Assembly: GCA_035504945.1 (NCBI GenBank)
Contig: DATJRH010000011.1
Coordinates: 3,448-67,447, forward strand
From: Candidatus Aquilonibacter sp.
GTDB lineage: Bacteria > Verrucomicrobiota > Verrucomicrobiia > Limisphaerales > UBA11358
DNA length: 64,000 nucleotides
Direction: 5' to 3'
Within the stretch, counting starts at the first letter, position 1. Each line of letters starts with the position of its first letter. Of the stretch, positions 19,547-29,590 are shown piece by piece. Position numbers and translations under genes: made by a program. Below the pieces are notes generated by a model. That model was given only the letters and a program-made list of their open reading frames with translations. It was not told where the DNA came from and did no database searches.

Positions 19547-20581
19547 CTACGACCGCAAGTGGATGCCAATTGCCTCCAATTGCGCGGCAATCTCCGCGTG
19601 GATGGGGATTCCTTCGGCAAGATTGTGTTCGCGTGTCTGCCAGCCGCGTTCGCCCGGCAGAGTGATGGCCAGGCTGGGTTCGGTCTGATGCAGCCATGCA
19701 ATCAAATTTTCCACCCGTTGGCCAAACCGTTCCGCATCCACAAATGCCGAGATGTCGAGCGCCAAAAATAATTTGGAGGAACCGGCATCAAGCCCCGATG
19801 GATCGGCCCGGCAGATTTCCGCGGAAAGCATTCCGCCTGCCAGCGCGCCGGTGAGCAATTCCATCATGAACGCCAGTCCCGCGCCCTTGTGCCCGCCGAA
19901 GGGCAGGACTTTTTTTCCGGCGAGAATCGCCGCCGGGTCATCGGACGGCTGGCCGGCGGCGTCCAGTCCCCAGCCGGACGGCACTTTCTTCCCTTCGCGC
20001 AGATAAGTTCCAATCTTGCCCACCGCCGCCTGGCTCATCGCCATGTCGAGGACGATGGGTTCCCGTCCGTGTTCGCGCGGCACGGCGATGGCGAGCGGAT
20101 TGTTGCCCAGCAACGGCAACGTCGAATCCCACGCCACCATGTTGGGAATGGCGTTTGTCGTGCAAATGCCGATCACGCCCGCTTGCGCGGCGCGGCACGC
20201 ATACGCGTGGGCGCGGCCCCAATGCGTCACGCGCGTGGCCAGGCACGCGCCGACGCCCGCGCGCTTCGCCCGCTCGACGGCGTGCTGCATCGCCTGCACG
20301 GAAACAAACCGCCCCGGCCCGTTGTCGCCATCGAGCACACAGGACGCGGGCCGTTCGCGGATGATTTTGATTTGCGGATTCGCCGTCACGCGGCCTTCGC
20401 GGATGCCCTTCACCAAACCGGGCAACATACGGACGCCGTGCGACGGGACGCCGAGCAAATCCGCCTCGGCCATCACCTCGGCTTCAACCGCGCAAACGTG
20501 CGCCGGCACGCCGGCGTCGGCCAAAGCTTTGGTGATAATGCCGAGGAGTTGAGTGTGTTGGATTCTTATTCCGTTGGACAT
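19547..20581 (-). CDS. Ldh2-family (malate/L-lactate/sulfolactate-type) dehydrogenase
   Basis: GVPSHGV and PFGGHKGAGLAFMMELL motifs. ATG 20581 is preferred to the upstream extension, which reads through the promoter cassette. Confidence 0.8.
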   Translation of the reverse strand: MSNGIRIQHTQLLGIITKALADAGVPAHVCAVEAEVMAEADLLGVPSHGVRMLPGLVKGIREGRVTANPQIKIIRERPASCVLDGDNGPGRFVSVQAMQHAVERAKRAGVGACLATRVTHWGRAHAYACRAAQAGVIGICTTNAIPNMVAWDSTLPLLGNNPLAIAVPREHGREPIVLDMAMSQAAVGKIGTYLREGKKVPSGWGLDAAGQPSDDPAAILAGKKVLPFGGHKGAGLAFMMELLTGALAGGMLSAEICRADPSGLDAGSSKLFLALDISAFVDAERFGQRVENLIAWLHQTEPSLAITLPGERGWQTREHNLAEGIPIHAEIAAQLEAIGIHLRS

Positions 20582-20625
20582 TTGCGCAATGGTAGCAGCC
20601 GATATGAACCGGCTCAAACTTTTCG
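20582..20625 (-). promoter_or_regulatory. second copy of the TTGAGC-N17-TACCAT-N7-ATG cassette
   Basis: Minus strand reads GAAAAGTTTGAGCCGGTTCATATCGGCTGCTACCATTGCGCAAATG. About 40 of 46 positions match 10302-10345. Confidence 0.45.
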
Positions 20626-20652
20626 GCAAGGCGGACAAAATAAAATGCAGTT

Positions 20653-21313
20653 ATGTCCGCGACATTGACACAAACTAAATCGTCATCTAGCTTGCACGCA
20701 ATGGTTAAAGGATTTTTCCCCATCGCGATTTTTAAGCTGTTTTTGACGGTGAGTATGCCGCTTATGGCACAGACTTTCACCACACTTCACAATTTTAGCA
20801 ATACAGACGGGCAATTTCCGACTGCGGGTTTAGTTTTGGCGAGCAATGTTCTTTACGGAACAACATCCCAAAGCGGCAGCCAGAGTAACGGCACGGTGTT
20901 TGCCATGAATATTGATGGCAGTAATTTCAGGGTGCTTCACAGTTTCACAGCCACGGATCCTGTGACCGGAACAAATTGGGACGGAGCTTTTCCAAGCGCA
21001 GGGTTGGTGTTATGGAACAGCGACTTTTGGCGGCAATCAAGGCTGCGGCACAGTGTTCAGTTTGCAACTTCCTTCGTTCAGTTTGCAACTTCCTTCGATT
21101 TCCGGAATTACTTGTAATCAGGACGGCAGCGTAACGATTAATTTCATCGGTGGCGCTAATACCAACTTGGTGCAAGTCAGCACCAACTTGTCTTCTCCAG
21201 CCTTTTGGCAAACCATATCGACGAATGTCGCGGAAATAAACGGCCAATGGCAATTCACGGACACCAACCTGAACAATTACCCGGTCCGATTTTATCGTTC
21301 CGCCACGCCATAG
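20653..21313 (+). pseudogene. short GloVer-repeat protein disrupted by a frameshift
   Basis: Frame 1 (20653..) encodes a signal peptide and GloVer repeats up to AGLVL. The expected continuation YGTATFGGNQGCGTVFSLQLP and the FYR-type module (ends PVRFYRSATP, stop 21313) are in another frame. The shift lies near 21008-21013. A 21-bp tandem duplication lies at 21058-21099. Confidence 0.6.
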
Positions 21314-21374
21314 GTCTTTTTGACAAACGGCCAATCAGCACTTCCGCCATTCGGTGTTCAACGATTCCAGCAAA

Positions 21375-21390
21375 CCTTGCGCGCGCAAGG
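21375..21390. terminator. GC-rich perfect palindrome between convergent genes
   Basis: CCTTGCGCGCGCAAGG, a 16-bp perfect palindrome between the stops at 21313 (+) and 21420 (-). No obvious U-tract. Confidence 0.3.
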
Positions 21391-21419
21391 CGGTTCGTCA
21401 AAAGCCAGCCGGGCGACCA

Positions 21420-21764
21420 TCAATGTTTCCACAAATAAACGCACAGCGCCGTCCCGAACGCGGCGGTGGCCCCCAGCAGACAGAGCAGCACGTCGAAACC
21501 GCCGGTCATGTTTAATGCCTTGACGACGCCGGCAACGCCGGCCAGCAAACACCCGATGACCGCGCAAACCATCACGGATTCCCGGCTGAAATGGTGTTTG
21601 GATAATTCCGCAGCCAGAGTGAAGGCGATGATTTCGTTGGCCACCCGCGTGCCGTCCATCCCGCAAACCGGACAGGCAACTCTCCCCGGCATCCGGCCGC
21701 AGACTGGCTCAATGTCGAAGGCATACCGTTGGCCGCAACCGCATTGAATTTTAACCGGTATCAT
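21420..21764 (-). CDS. small zinc-ribbon protein with C-terminal TM helices
   Basis: CGCG...CPVCG cysteine pairs at the N-terminus and a hydrophobic C-terminal half. Preceded by GGAG-N5-ATG. Confidence 0.6.
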   Translation of the reverse strand: MIPVKIQCGCGQRYAFDIEPVCGRMPGRVACPVCGMDGTRVANEIIAFTLAAELSKHHFSRESVMVCAVIGCLLAGVAGVVKALNMTGGFDVLLCLLGATAAFGTALCVYLWKH

Positions 21765-21937
21765 ATATACTCCGGGTTAATTGTTCTGCGGTTATTCCCT
21801 CCGCATGGCTTGTGCCAAATAATTTTTCCTGAAAATCCAGCGTTTCTCCCTGGCTGACACCCATCTCGCGTGCGCTTTTTCACGCCTGGCGCGTGACTTT
21901 CACGCAATAAGACGATGCCGGCAAACTTCCCGCTTGT

Positions 21938-22900
21938 TCAACGCTTGCGCCACTCGGTCTTCGGCGGTTCGGGCAAGCCCTGTGCGCGCAGGGCGGTGCG
22001 GAAATGCATCTTTGCCACGTTAGGTAAATTTTCGACACCGTGTTTCGCAATAAATTCTTTTGCCGCTGCATCAACCAATGGGCCCGCCCCTTTAGGCAAT
22101 TTCATTTCAAATTGTTTTTCAAGTTTTTCGAGGCGCTCCACAAATTCATTCCGTGCCAAAATCGAAGCAGCAGCCACGGCAATATCTTCCTCCGCTTTAT
22201 GTCGCTGCACCAACTCAATCTCTCTTCCTAATGGCATCAAAGCTCTCGCAACAACATGTTTGCTTGCTGCAAATTGATCGCTAATTGCTCGAACGGGCAA
22301 AGGGTTCATTTCACTTTTACGCATCATCAGGCTCTCAATAGCTCTTGCATGTCCCCAAGCGAGCACACGGTTGATGCTCCTGTTTCTTTGATAAAGTTCA
22401 TTATATTTTGGGTTTCCAATTGGCACCACTTTCGCAATGCATTTTGGCGTATGCAGAATTAAATCCGCCAAATCTTTAATTTTATTATCGCTCGAAATGT
22501 TTTTGGAATCCTTAATCCCTGCGTCTTCCCAATATTTGATTACAGCCTCGTTCACATAAACGCCAGCGATGCAGAGCGGCCCGAAGAAATCGCCCTTGCC
22601 GCTTTCGTCCACGCCGATGCGCGGCAGGAGCAAATCGGGATTCAGCACTGTTTCGTAGCCGAGCCTGGCCTGCTTGAGAATTTCCGGTTCGAGCAGGAAC
22701 TCGATGAATTCCTGCGTGCCCTTGCCTTGCACGACCAGCTTGCCGCTCTCGTAAAACACGATGTTCGTCTTGTCGGACTCGAACGCAAACCGCGCATACG
22801 GCACCTCGCGCGGCTTCCAGTTCCGCGCGCGCAATGCCGCTTCGAGCGCCGACGCTTGTTCGTCGGTCAGCTTGCAAGTGTGGGAAGTCAGCGGCTTCAT
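21938..22900 (-). CDS. rnhC: ribonuclease HIII
   Basis: N-terminal domain (CKLTDEQASALEAAL...IVFYESGKLVVQGKG) plus RNase HII/HIII core GVDESGKGDFFGPL. ATG at 22900. Confidence 0.85.
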   Translation of the reverse strand: MKPLTSHTCKLTDEQASALEAALRARNWKPREVPYARFAFESDKTNIVFYESGKLVVQGKGTQEFIEFLLEPEILKQARLGYETVLNPDLLLPRIGVDESGKGDFFGPLCIAGVYVNEAVIKYWEDAGIKDSKNISSDNKIKDLADLILHTPKCIAKVVPIGNPKYNELYQRNRSINRVLAWGHARAIESLMMRKSEMNPLPVRAISDQFAASKHVVARALMPLGREIELVQRHKAEEDIAVAAASILARNEFVERLEKLEKQFEMKLPKGAGPLVDAAAKEFIAKHGVENLPNVAKMHFRTALRAQGLPEPPKTEWRKR

Positions 22901-22915
22901 GTAAAAAAGTTTAGC

Positions 22916-22939
22916 CGCAAAGGCACAAAGGCACAAAGG
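22916..22939. repeat. 3 x 8-bp tandem repeat 16 nt upstream of the rnhC start
   Basis: CGCAAAGG CACAAAGG CACAAAGG. Confidence 0.8.
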
Positions 22940-23011
22940 TTTTGCAGGCCATCAAAACATTTGAAACTGCGGAACAGCGCCCGAAATCCATGAATATCCA
23001 TTCCAATTTTT

Positions 23012-23566
23012 TCAATATAATACCGCGCGATAAAACTGCTGCTCGTGCTGGTTCATATCGTTTGCCGTGAATACGAATGGCGCGGTGTTGGTCATCATAG
23101 GAGCCCAATGCGTCAAATCCGCGGACGCTTCCACCACATATAGGCGGCCGTTTATCCCTGAAACTGTGAAGCTGAACTGCCCGTTGAAACTTGCCGGTGA
23201 CGCAAGAATCGCCAGGGAGTTGGACGGATTCAGTGGAACGGTGTATGAAATTTCATTTGAGAAGGGGCTTTGGCCATCGTCATGGGCTGTGGCCGCAAAA
23301 TAATATGTGACGCCTTCCACCAGGTTGGAAATAGTGACGTTGGTGTTGTCGCCGGCGGATATCTCGTTGTCATACACTCCACTCGCCACGCCGTAATAAA
23401 CGTCATAACCGGTGATGTCGGGGCTCGTGCTGGGATTCCAAGCCAACGTCACGCTGCCGGTCGCAAATGCCGGAGGCATTGTCATGCCCAAAACACAGAG
23501 GAAGGAAATGGTCCACATCCACTTTCCTGCCCACGTGAGGGCTGGTTGATTCAACACGCGTTTCAT
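23012..23566 (-). CDS. secreted fibronectin type III domain protein with C-terminal FYR-type module
   Basis: Signal peptide from the ATG at 23566. SVTLAWNPSTSPDITGYDVYYG...TYYFAATAHD is FN3-like. Ends in QQFYRAVLY. Confidence 0.75.
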   Translation of the reverse strand: MKRVLNQPALTWAGKWMWTISFLCVLGMTMPPAFATGSVTLAWNPSTSPDITGYDVYYGVASGVYDNEISAGDNTNVTISNLVEGVTYYFAATAHDDGQSPFSNEISYTVPLNPSNSLAILASPASFNGQFSFTVSGINGRLYVVEASADLTHWAPMMTNTAPFVFTANDMNQHEQQFYRAVLY

Positions 23567-23765
23567 ACCAGCACTCTTTCTTTTGAATGCCTGGGCTTGC
23601 TGGTGTTGAATCCCCGCGCCGCACAAGCCGCAGGACATTCTTCAATAGTTTGACAGCCTCGTCTCTGCAAATGCTCAAGTGAAAATTGTGACATTACCAG
23701 CCGGCTTAAGACGTCAGGAGGCGTTTTGATTGCTCTCTTAACCAAATGCACCCAAAATAGAAAGC

Positions 23766-24893
23766 GTGCGAAGAACACACGCCATTGTTAGAGCCGTTTT
23801 AAGCTGGTTTTCCAAAAACGCCCGCGACCTGCCGTGGCGGCGCACGCGCGATCCTTACGCGATCTGGGTTTCCGAAATCATGCTCCAGCAAACGCAGGTC
23901 AAAACGGTGCTGCCGTATTGGAAACGCTGGATGCGCGAACTGCCGACGATTGAATCGGTTGCAAACGCGCGTGTGGACAAAATCCACAAGCTTTGGGAAG
24001 GGCTTGGTTATTACACGCGCGTGCGGAATTTGCAAAAGGCGGCCCAAATAATTTTGGAAAAGCACGGCGGGAAATTTCCGCAAAAATTCGACGACGTGCT
24101 CGTGCTGCCGGGAATCGGCCGCTACACCGCCGGTGCGATTTGCAGCATCGCCTTCAACCAGCCGACACCGATTTTGGATGGAAATGTCATTCGCGTATTG
24201 ACGCGGATTTTCGGCGTCGCAGAAAATCCGCGCGAAAAAGAAACCAACAGGCTGCTTTGGGAAATCGCCAAGGAACTGGTTTTTCGCGCAAAGAGCGCGA
24301 AGGAAGCGAAGACAAAAAAATCTTCGCGCACGTTGCGGCCCCCGCGCGAAGCAAATGCCTGTTCATTTTTAAATCAATCGCTGATGGAGCTTGGCGCGCT
24401 GGTTTGCACGCCGCGGAATCCGCACTGCTCGATTTGCCCGGCGCAGAAACTTTGCGTCGCGTTCAAGGAAAGCCGCGTGGAGGAATTGCCCAATCTTGGG
24501 AGGCGCGAGAAAGCAACAGCGCGGCATTTCGTCGCGTTCGTCGTTGAGCATGACGGGAAATTTCTGGTTCGCCGGCGGCCCGCCGGGATTGTGAACGCGC
24601 ACCTGTGGGAATTCCCAAATTTTGAAACCAACGGCAAAAAAAAAGGCGCAAGGGAAATTTTCAGGTCGGTTTATAATTTTGAACCGGAAGAATTTAATCC
24701 ACTTTGCACGGTGAAACATTCCATCACGCGCTATCGCATCACTTTGGAGGCATTTCGCGTCCAGTTAAAAAAATCTCCAAAAGTGTCCGGTGGAATTTGG
24801 CTGCCGCGTTCGAAGTTTGATTCGCTTGCCTTCACCGCCGCCCACAAAAAACTCGCCAGTTTTGCGGCAAATCGTATCTTAACCCGCCCATGA
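23766..24893 (+). CDS. mutY: A/G-specific adenine DNA glycosylase
   Basis: WVSEIMLQQTQV, GLGYYTRVRNL, Fe-S cluster cysteines CTPRNPHCSICPAQKLC, NUDIX-like C-terminal domain. GTG start. Confidence 0.9.
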   Translation: MRRTHAIVRAVLSWFSKNARDLPWRRTRDPYAIWVSEIMLQQTQVKTVLPYWKRWMRELPTIESVANARVDKIHKLWEGLGYYTRVRNLQKAAQIILEKHGGKFPQKFDDVLVLPGIGRYTAGAICSIAFNQPTPILDGNVIRVLTRIFGVAENPREKETNRLLWEIAKELVFRAKSAKEAKTKKSSRTLRPPREANACSFLNQSLMELGALVCTPRNPHCSICPAQKLCVAFKESRVEELPNLGRREKATARHFVAFVVEHDGKFLVRRRPAGIVNAHLWEFPNFETNGKKKGAREIFRSVYNFEPEEFNPLCTVKHSITRYRITLEAFRVQLKKSPKVSGGIWLPRSKFDSLAFTAAHKKLASFAANRILTRP

Positions 24894-26029
24894 TTTACTT
24901 TGATTACAACGCCACCGCGCCGGTGATGCGCGAGGCGCGCGAAGCCTGGCTGGGCGCCACCGAACGCATCGGCGGCAATCCGTCGTCCATGCACCAGTTC
25001 GGCGCGAAGGCGGCGGCGGCGCTGGCCGAGGCGCGGGAAAAACTCGCGGCGTTTCTTGGTTGTCATCCAACGGAAATCGTCTGGACGAGCGGCGCAACGG
25101 AGGCGAACAACACCGTCATGCATCACTTTGCCGAAAAGCTCGGCGCGACGGGGCAGGTTTGGATTTCTTCCATCGAGCATCCGTGCGTGAACGATTCCGC
25201 GGAACATTATTTCGGCAAACGCGCCCGAAAAATTCCCGTCACGCACGACGGCGTGATTGATTTGGAATGGCTCACGGTGGAACTGGCCGACGCGCGCCCC
25301 GGACTCATCGGCGTCATGGCCGCGAACAACGAGACCGGCGTCATCCAGCCGTGGCGCGAGATTCACTCGATCTGCCAGAGCTACGAGGTTCCGTTTTTCA
25401 CCGACGCGGTGCAATGGCTCGGCAAAATGCCGGCGCTCGGTTTGGGCGACTGCGATTTTGTCAGCGGCGCGGCGCACAAATTCGGCGGGCCGCGCGGCGT
25501 GGGCTTTTTGAAAGTGCCGCGCAAGACGGAAATTACGCCGCTGCTGTTCGGCGGCAAACAGGAGCGCGGCCGGCGCGCAGGAACGGAAAATATCGCGACG
25601 ATTGTCGCGATGCTCGCGGCTTTGGAAATCCGCGAGAAACAAATCGGGCACAGCCAGCATCTTTTGCGCGGCGTATGGCGCGACAATTTTGAGCGCGAAT
25701 TTCTGCGCGCAGTTCCCGAAGCAACGATTTTAGGCGCGAAAGTACCGCGGTTGTGGAACACCGTTTCCGCGCTCATGCCCGACGGCGACCGCAAGCACGA
25801 ATGGGTAGTGCGGTTGGACAAGGCGGGTTTTGCGGTTTCCACCGGCTCGGCCTGCACGACGGGCAAGGAAGAGCCGAGCCACGTGCTCGCCGCGATGGGA
25901 TTCAAGCCCGCGCAAGCAATGCGTGCGGTGCGTTTCAGCGCCGGCTGGGAAACGACAGAGGCAGATTGGGACGCGCTGGCAAAGGCGTTGGCCAAACTCC
26001 ACGGTGAAACTCATCACATTAAAGATTAA
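24890..26029 (+). CDS. cysteine desulfurase (class V aminotransferase, NifS/IscS-like)
   Basis: MIYFDYNATAP, PLP-lysine region SGAAHKFGGPRGVGFL, active-site STGSACTTG. ATGA overlap with mutY. Confidence 0.85.
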   Translation: MIYFDYNATAPVMREAREAWLGATERIGGNPSSMHQFGAKAAAALAEAREKLAAFLGCHPTEIVWTSGATEANNTVMHHFAEKLGATGQVWISSIEHPCVNDSAEHYFGKRARKIPVTHDGVIDLEWLTVELADARPGLIGVMAANNETGVIQPWREIHSICQSYEVPFFTDAVQWLGKMPALGLGDCDFVSGAAHKFGGPRGVGFLKVPRKTEITPLLFGGKQERGRRAGTENIATIVAMLAALEIREKQIGHSQHLLRGVWRDNFEREFLRAVPEATILGAKVPRLWNTVSALMPDGDRKHEWVVRLDKAGFAVSTGSACTTGKEEPSHVLAAMGFKPAQAMRAVRFSAGWETTEADWDALAKALAKLHGETHHIKD

Positions 26030-26106
26030 ATGACGCGCCCATGGCGTGAAACGCAAGCCGGCCAGTCGTGCGATAATGGCAGGGGAATTTTGCCGTGAGC
26101 GATTGA

Positions 26107-27288
26107 TTAACTCTGGCTCAAGCGTTGCGCGGGTTTCTCAAAAAACATCCGGTGTGCTTCTTCGAGAATGTCCGGGATGCGATTGGCGAAAGGGCTGTTC
26201 TTCAACGCAGGTCGCAAATCCACCTCGCGCACTTTCGCGGCGTTCACCCCGGGAAACCAGTGCTCAGCCTGGCCGAGCAGATTGTAGCGCATCTTGCCCC
26301 AAGCGAGCAGGTCGAGCGGCTTGGCGTAAGTCCAGAGCCGCAAAATTTCCGAGACATTGATCTGGCCGGGAATGTCGTGGTAATTCGGCAAACCTTCGGG
26401 CCAGCGGGCGCACCAGTCCGCACCGAGAGCTTTTCCCATTTCCGCGCGAAGCCGCTTTTCAATCGGCGCCATTGTTTGCGGAATTTCATCGTATAATTTC
26501 AACGCGGCGACGTGTTCATCAAAATCCGTCGGTTTGGAAACGCCGCAGCTCAACGTGTGAACTTCCTGGCGGTTCAAACAGTAAAGGTCGTTGAATTGCA
26601 TCGGCGTAAGCGGCGCGCAAAGCGATTTGATTTTCGGCCCCGGCTCCTGAAGCTTGCCGCCTTTGTCGTTCGGACTGATGATGAAGACGCCCATGTCGTG
26701 CCGGCGCGCGGCCTCGACCGCCGGCCAGTTCAGGTCGTTGACAAAATACCAATGGACGTTGATGTAATCGAACTCGCCGGTATGCACCGCGTCGAGAATG
26801 ACATCGGTCGTGGCGTGCGTGGAAAAGCCGATGAAGCGGCAGCGGCCCTGCTTTTGCAACTGGCGCGCCGCGCCCAGACAACCGCCCTTTTTCAACGACC
26901 AATCGAGCAACTCGCGATTGTTGATGCCATGCAGTGAAAGCAAATCCACCTGGTCGAGCTTCAAGTATTTCATCGAAGTCTCGAACGTCTCCAGAAATTC
27001 CTTCGCGGTGGCGCGCGGCGTGACCTTCGTCTGGACAATCATTTTGTCGCGCGGCAATTTCGGCAGGAGATTGCCCAGTTGCATCTCCGACGTGCCATAG
27101 CCGCGCGCGGTTTCGATGTGGTTGATGCCGAGCGCGAGCGCGCGATGGATGCAGGCTTCGAGATTTTCCTGGCTGACACGCGGGATGTCCTGCGGCGGCA
27201 CGTCCTGCCACTTGTGCTGATAACGCATGCCACCGCAGGAAATTACCGGCATCTGCAATTCCGTCCGGCCAAAACGACGATATTTCAT
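26107..27288 (-). CDS. aldo/keto reductase family oxidoreductase
   Basis: [22 protein letters not shown]...[18 protein letters not shown] at 27288. The 184 upstream residues of the track ORF overlap dapL antisense and are rejected. Confidence 0.8.
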   Translation of the reverse strand: MKYRRFGRTELQMPVISCGGMRYQHKWQDVPPQDIPRVSQENLEACIHRALALGINHIETARGYGTSEMQLGNLLPKLPRDKMIVQTKVTPRATAKEFLETFETSMKYLKLDQVDLLSLHGINNRELLDWSLKKGGCLGAARQLQKQGRCRFIGFSTHATTDVILDAVHTGEFDYINVHWYFVNDLNWPAVEAARRHDMGVFIISPNDKGGKLQEPGPKIKSLCAPLTPMQFNDLYCLNRQEVHTLSCGVSKPTDFDEHVAALKLYDEIPQTMAPIEKRLRAEMGKALGADWCARWPEGLPNYHDIPGQINVSEILRLWTYAKPLDLLAWGKMRYNLLGQAEHWFPGVNAAKVREVDLRPALKNSPFANRIPDILEEAHRMFFEKPAQRLSQS

Positions 27289-27367
27289 TGCATCGAAAAT
27301 AAATGGCGCGCGCGGCGAACGCAAGCGACGAGGAAATGTCGCGCGAACCAACGCACTCAAAGTTTTA

Positions 27368-27398
27368 CATCCGTGTTCATCCGTGTTTATCTGTGGTT
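27368..27398. repeat. 3 x 10-bp tandem repeat ending 4 nt before the dapL ATG
   Basis: CATCCGTGTT CATCCGTGTT TATCTGTGGTT, the same decamer family as 18170-18199 and 53252-53281. Confidence 0.8.
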
Positions 27399-27402
27399 GA
27401 AC

Positions 27403-28641
27403 ATGGCGTTTCTCAATGACAATTATCTCAAACTGAAAGCCGGCTATCTTTTTCCCGAAATTGCCCGGCGCGTGAAGGTTTTTTGCGAGGCAAATCCTGA
27501 AGCCGCGAAAAGATTGATTCGCTGCGGCATCGGCGACGTGACCGAGCCGCTGCCAGCCGCGGCCGTCGCCGCGATGCACAAGGCCGTGGACGAAATGTCC
27601 GCGCGCGAAACGTTTCATGGCTACGGCCCGGAACAGGGTTATGAATGGCTGCGCGCCGCCATCGCCAAAAATGATTTCCGCGACCGCGGCTGCGACGTGG
27701 AGGATGATGAAGTGTTTGTCAGCGACGGAACAAAATGTGACACCGGCAACATTCTCGACATTCTCGGCGCGAAAAACAAAATTGCCATCAGCGATCCGGT
27801 TTATCCGGTTTATGTGGACACGAACGTCATGGCCGGCCACACGGGCGAGGCGAACGAAGCCGGCGCGTTTGCAAAATTGGTTTATCTGCCGTGCAAACCG
27901 TCAAATGGTTTCATTCCTGAACCGCCGAAGCGGCACGTGGACATGATTTATCTTTGCTCGCCGAATAATCCGACTGGCGCAGCGGCGAATCGTCCGCAGC
28001 TCGAAGCGTGGGTGAAATACGCGCTCGAAAACAAATCCGTGATTTTGTTTGATGCGGCTTACGAGGCTTACATCACCGACGCGAACCTGCCGCATTCGAT
28101 TTACGAAATTCCCGGTGCCCGCGAATGTGCGATTGAATTCCGCAGCTTTTCTAAAAACGGTGGCTTCACCGGCACGCGCTGCGCATTTACCGTCGTTCCG
28201 AAAACGCTCAACGCGCAGACGAAATCCGGCGAATTCAAACCGTTGCATCCGCTATGGGCGCGGCGGCAGACGACAAAATTCAACGGCGTGAGTTATGTGA
28301 TTCAACGCGCCGCTGAAGCACTTTATTCGCCGGAAGGAAAGCAACAAGTCCGCGCGCTCGTTGACTTTTATCTCGGCAACGCAAAAATTTTGCGCGACGG
28401 AGCGAAGAAGGCCGGGCTGAAAGTTTTCGGCGGCGTCAACGCGCCTTACATCTGGGTGCGCACGCCCAAAGGCGTCACGAGCTGGCAGGCGTTCGACAAA
28501 ATTTTAAGCGACGCAAACGTCGTGATCACGCCCGGCAGTGGATTTGGCTCCAAGGGCGAGGGTTATTTCCGCATCAGCGCGTTTAACAGCCGCGCCAACG
28601 CCGAGGAAGTCGCGTGCCGATTGCAGGAATTGAAGTGGTAA
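27403..28641 (+). CDS. dapL: LL-diaminopimelate aminotransferase
   Basis: N-terminus [24 protein letters not shown] is characteristic of DapL. Class I aminotransferase body ([13 protein letters not shown]). Confidence 0.85.
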   Translation: MAFLNDNYLKLKAGYLFPEIARRVKVFCEANPEAAKRLIRCGIGDVTEPLPAAAVAAMHKAVDEMSARETFHGYGPEQGYEWLRAAIAKNDFRDRGCDVEDDEVFVSDGTKCDTGNILDILGAKNKIAISDPVYPVYVDTNVMAGHTGEANEAGAFAKLVYLPCKPSNGFIPEPPKRHVDMIYLCSPNNPTGAAANRPQLEAWVKYALENKSVILFDAAYEAYITDANLPHSIYEIPGARECAIEFRSFSKNGGFTGTRCAFTVVPKTLNAQTKSGEFKPLHPLWARRQTTKFNGVSYVIQRAAEALYSPEGKQQVRALVDFYLGNAKILRDGAKKAGLKVFGGVNAPYIWVRTPKGVTSWQAFDKILSDANVVITPGSGFGSKGEGYFRISAFNSRANAEEVACRLQELKW

Positions 28642-28717
28642 ATTCGTCATTGCAGCAAGGCTTTGTTTTGCTATCCTTGCCCCTCGTTTTTACTGAAAAT
28701 TTAACCGAAGAAAATTT

Positions 28718-28873
28718 ATGTCACAGCATCGCAGTCTGCGCGCGGCGTCCGTGTTGGGCGGCAAGCGCAATGTCCTCAAGCGCTTCGAGCGCGTCGAGTT
28801 GCTCAAAAAGCGCGGCCAATGGAAAGCCGGCGACCGCATCACGGGCTTGCGCAAGACCAAGCCGGAGGCGTAA
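28718..28873 (+). CDS. small basic protein (51 aa), absent from the ORF track
   Basis: ATG 28718 to TAA 28871-28873. MSQHRSLRAASVLGGKRNVLKRFERVELLKKRGQWKAGDRITGLRKTKPEA. From memory it resembles the 'small basic protein' family seen in PVC and spirochaete genomes. Sits 3 nt upstream of the rluB-like gene. Confidence 0.6.
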   Translation: MSQHRSLRAASVLGGKRNVLKRFERVELLKKRGQWKAGDRITGLRKTKPEA

Positions 28874-28876
28874 GCC

Positions 28877-29590
28877 TTGCTGGTTCGGCTTCAGAAATTT
28901 CTCGCGGACGCGGGTGTGGCTTCGCGGCGCGCCGGCGAGCAGTTCATTTTGGACGGGCGCGTTTCGGTCAACGACAAACAAGTCCGTTTGCTCGGAACGA
29001 AAGTGGATCCGCTCCACGACAAGGTTGCCGTGGATGGAAAAATTCTCCGCGCGAAACGGAAGCTTTACATCGCCCTGCACAAGCCGCCCGGTTACGTTTG
29101 TTCACACCAGGACGAATTGAACCGCCCGACGATTTATCATTTGTTGCCCAAAGAGTGGCAAATCGCGAGTTCTGTCGGGCGTTTGGATTTCAACAGCGAA
29201 GGATTGATTTTTCTGACGAATGATGGACAATTCGCCTTGCGCCTCACTCATCCGCGTTACGGTGTCCGCAAAAAATACGTGGCGATGATCGAGGGCGAAG
29301 TGACAACGGAAATGGCACGGCAGTTCACGCGGGGCATTTTTGACCGCGGCGACAAATTAACGGCGTTGTCGGCGAAAATCATTTCGGCCAGCCGCGCGTG
29401 GAGCGTGGTGGAACTGGAGCTGGCTGAGGGCAAAAACCGCGAGGTGCGGCGGCTGTTTGAGTCGCAGAATTTGTCCGTGAAAAAATTGCAGCGGACACAG
29501 ATTGGAAAAATCAAACTCGGCGAGTTGAAGCCAGGCAAATGGCGGATATTGACAGAAACGGAAATTAAAACTTTACTCTTGAAATCATGA
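28877..29590 (+). CDS. RsuA/RluB-family pseudouridine synthase with S4 domain
   Basis: RLQKFLADAGVASRR (S4 domain), GRLDFNSEGLIFLTNDG, EGKNREVRR. TTG start. Confidence 0.85.
   Translation: MLVRLQKFLADAGVASRRAGEQFILDGRVSVNDKQVRLLGTKVDPLHDKVAVDGKILRAKRKLYIALHKPPGYVCSHQDELNRPTIYHLLPKEWQIASSVGRLDFNSEGLIFLTNDGQFALRLTHPRYGVRKKYVAMIEGEVTTEMARQFTRGIFDRGDKLTALSAKIISASRAWSVVELELAEGKNREVRRLFESQNLSVKKLQRTQIGKIKLGELKPGKWRILTETEIKTLLLKS

Noticed and set aside
26107-27840. 577-aa version of the aldo/keto reductase ORF
   Set aside because: The first 184 aa overlap dapL antisense and read through the decamer repeats. The family-typical N-terminus MKYRRFG starts at 27288.
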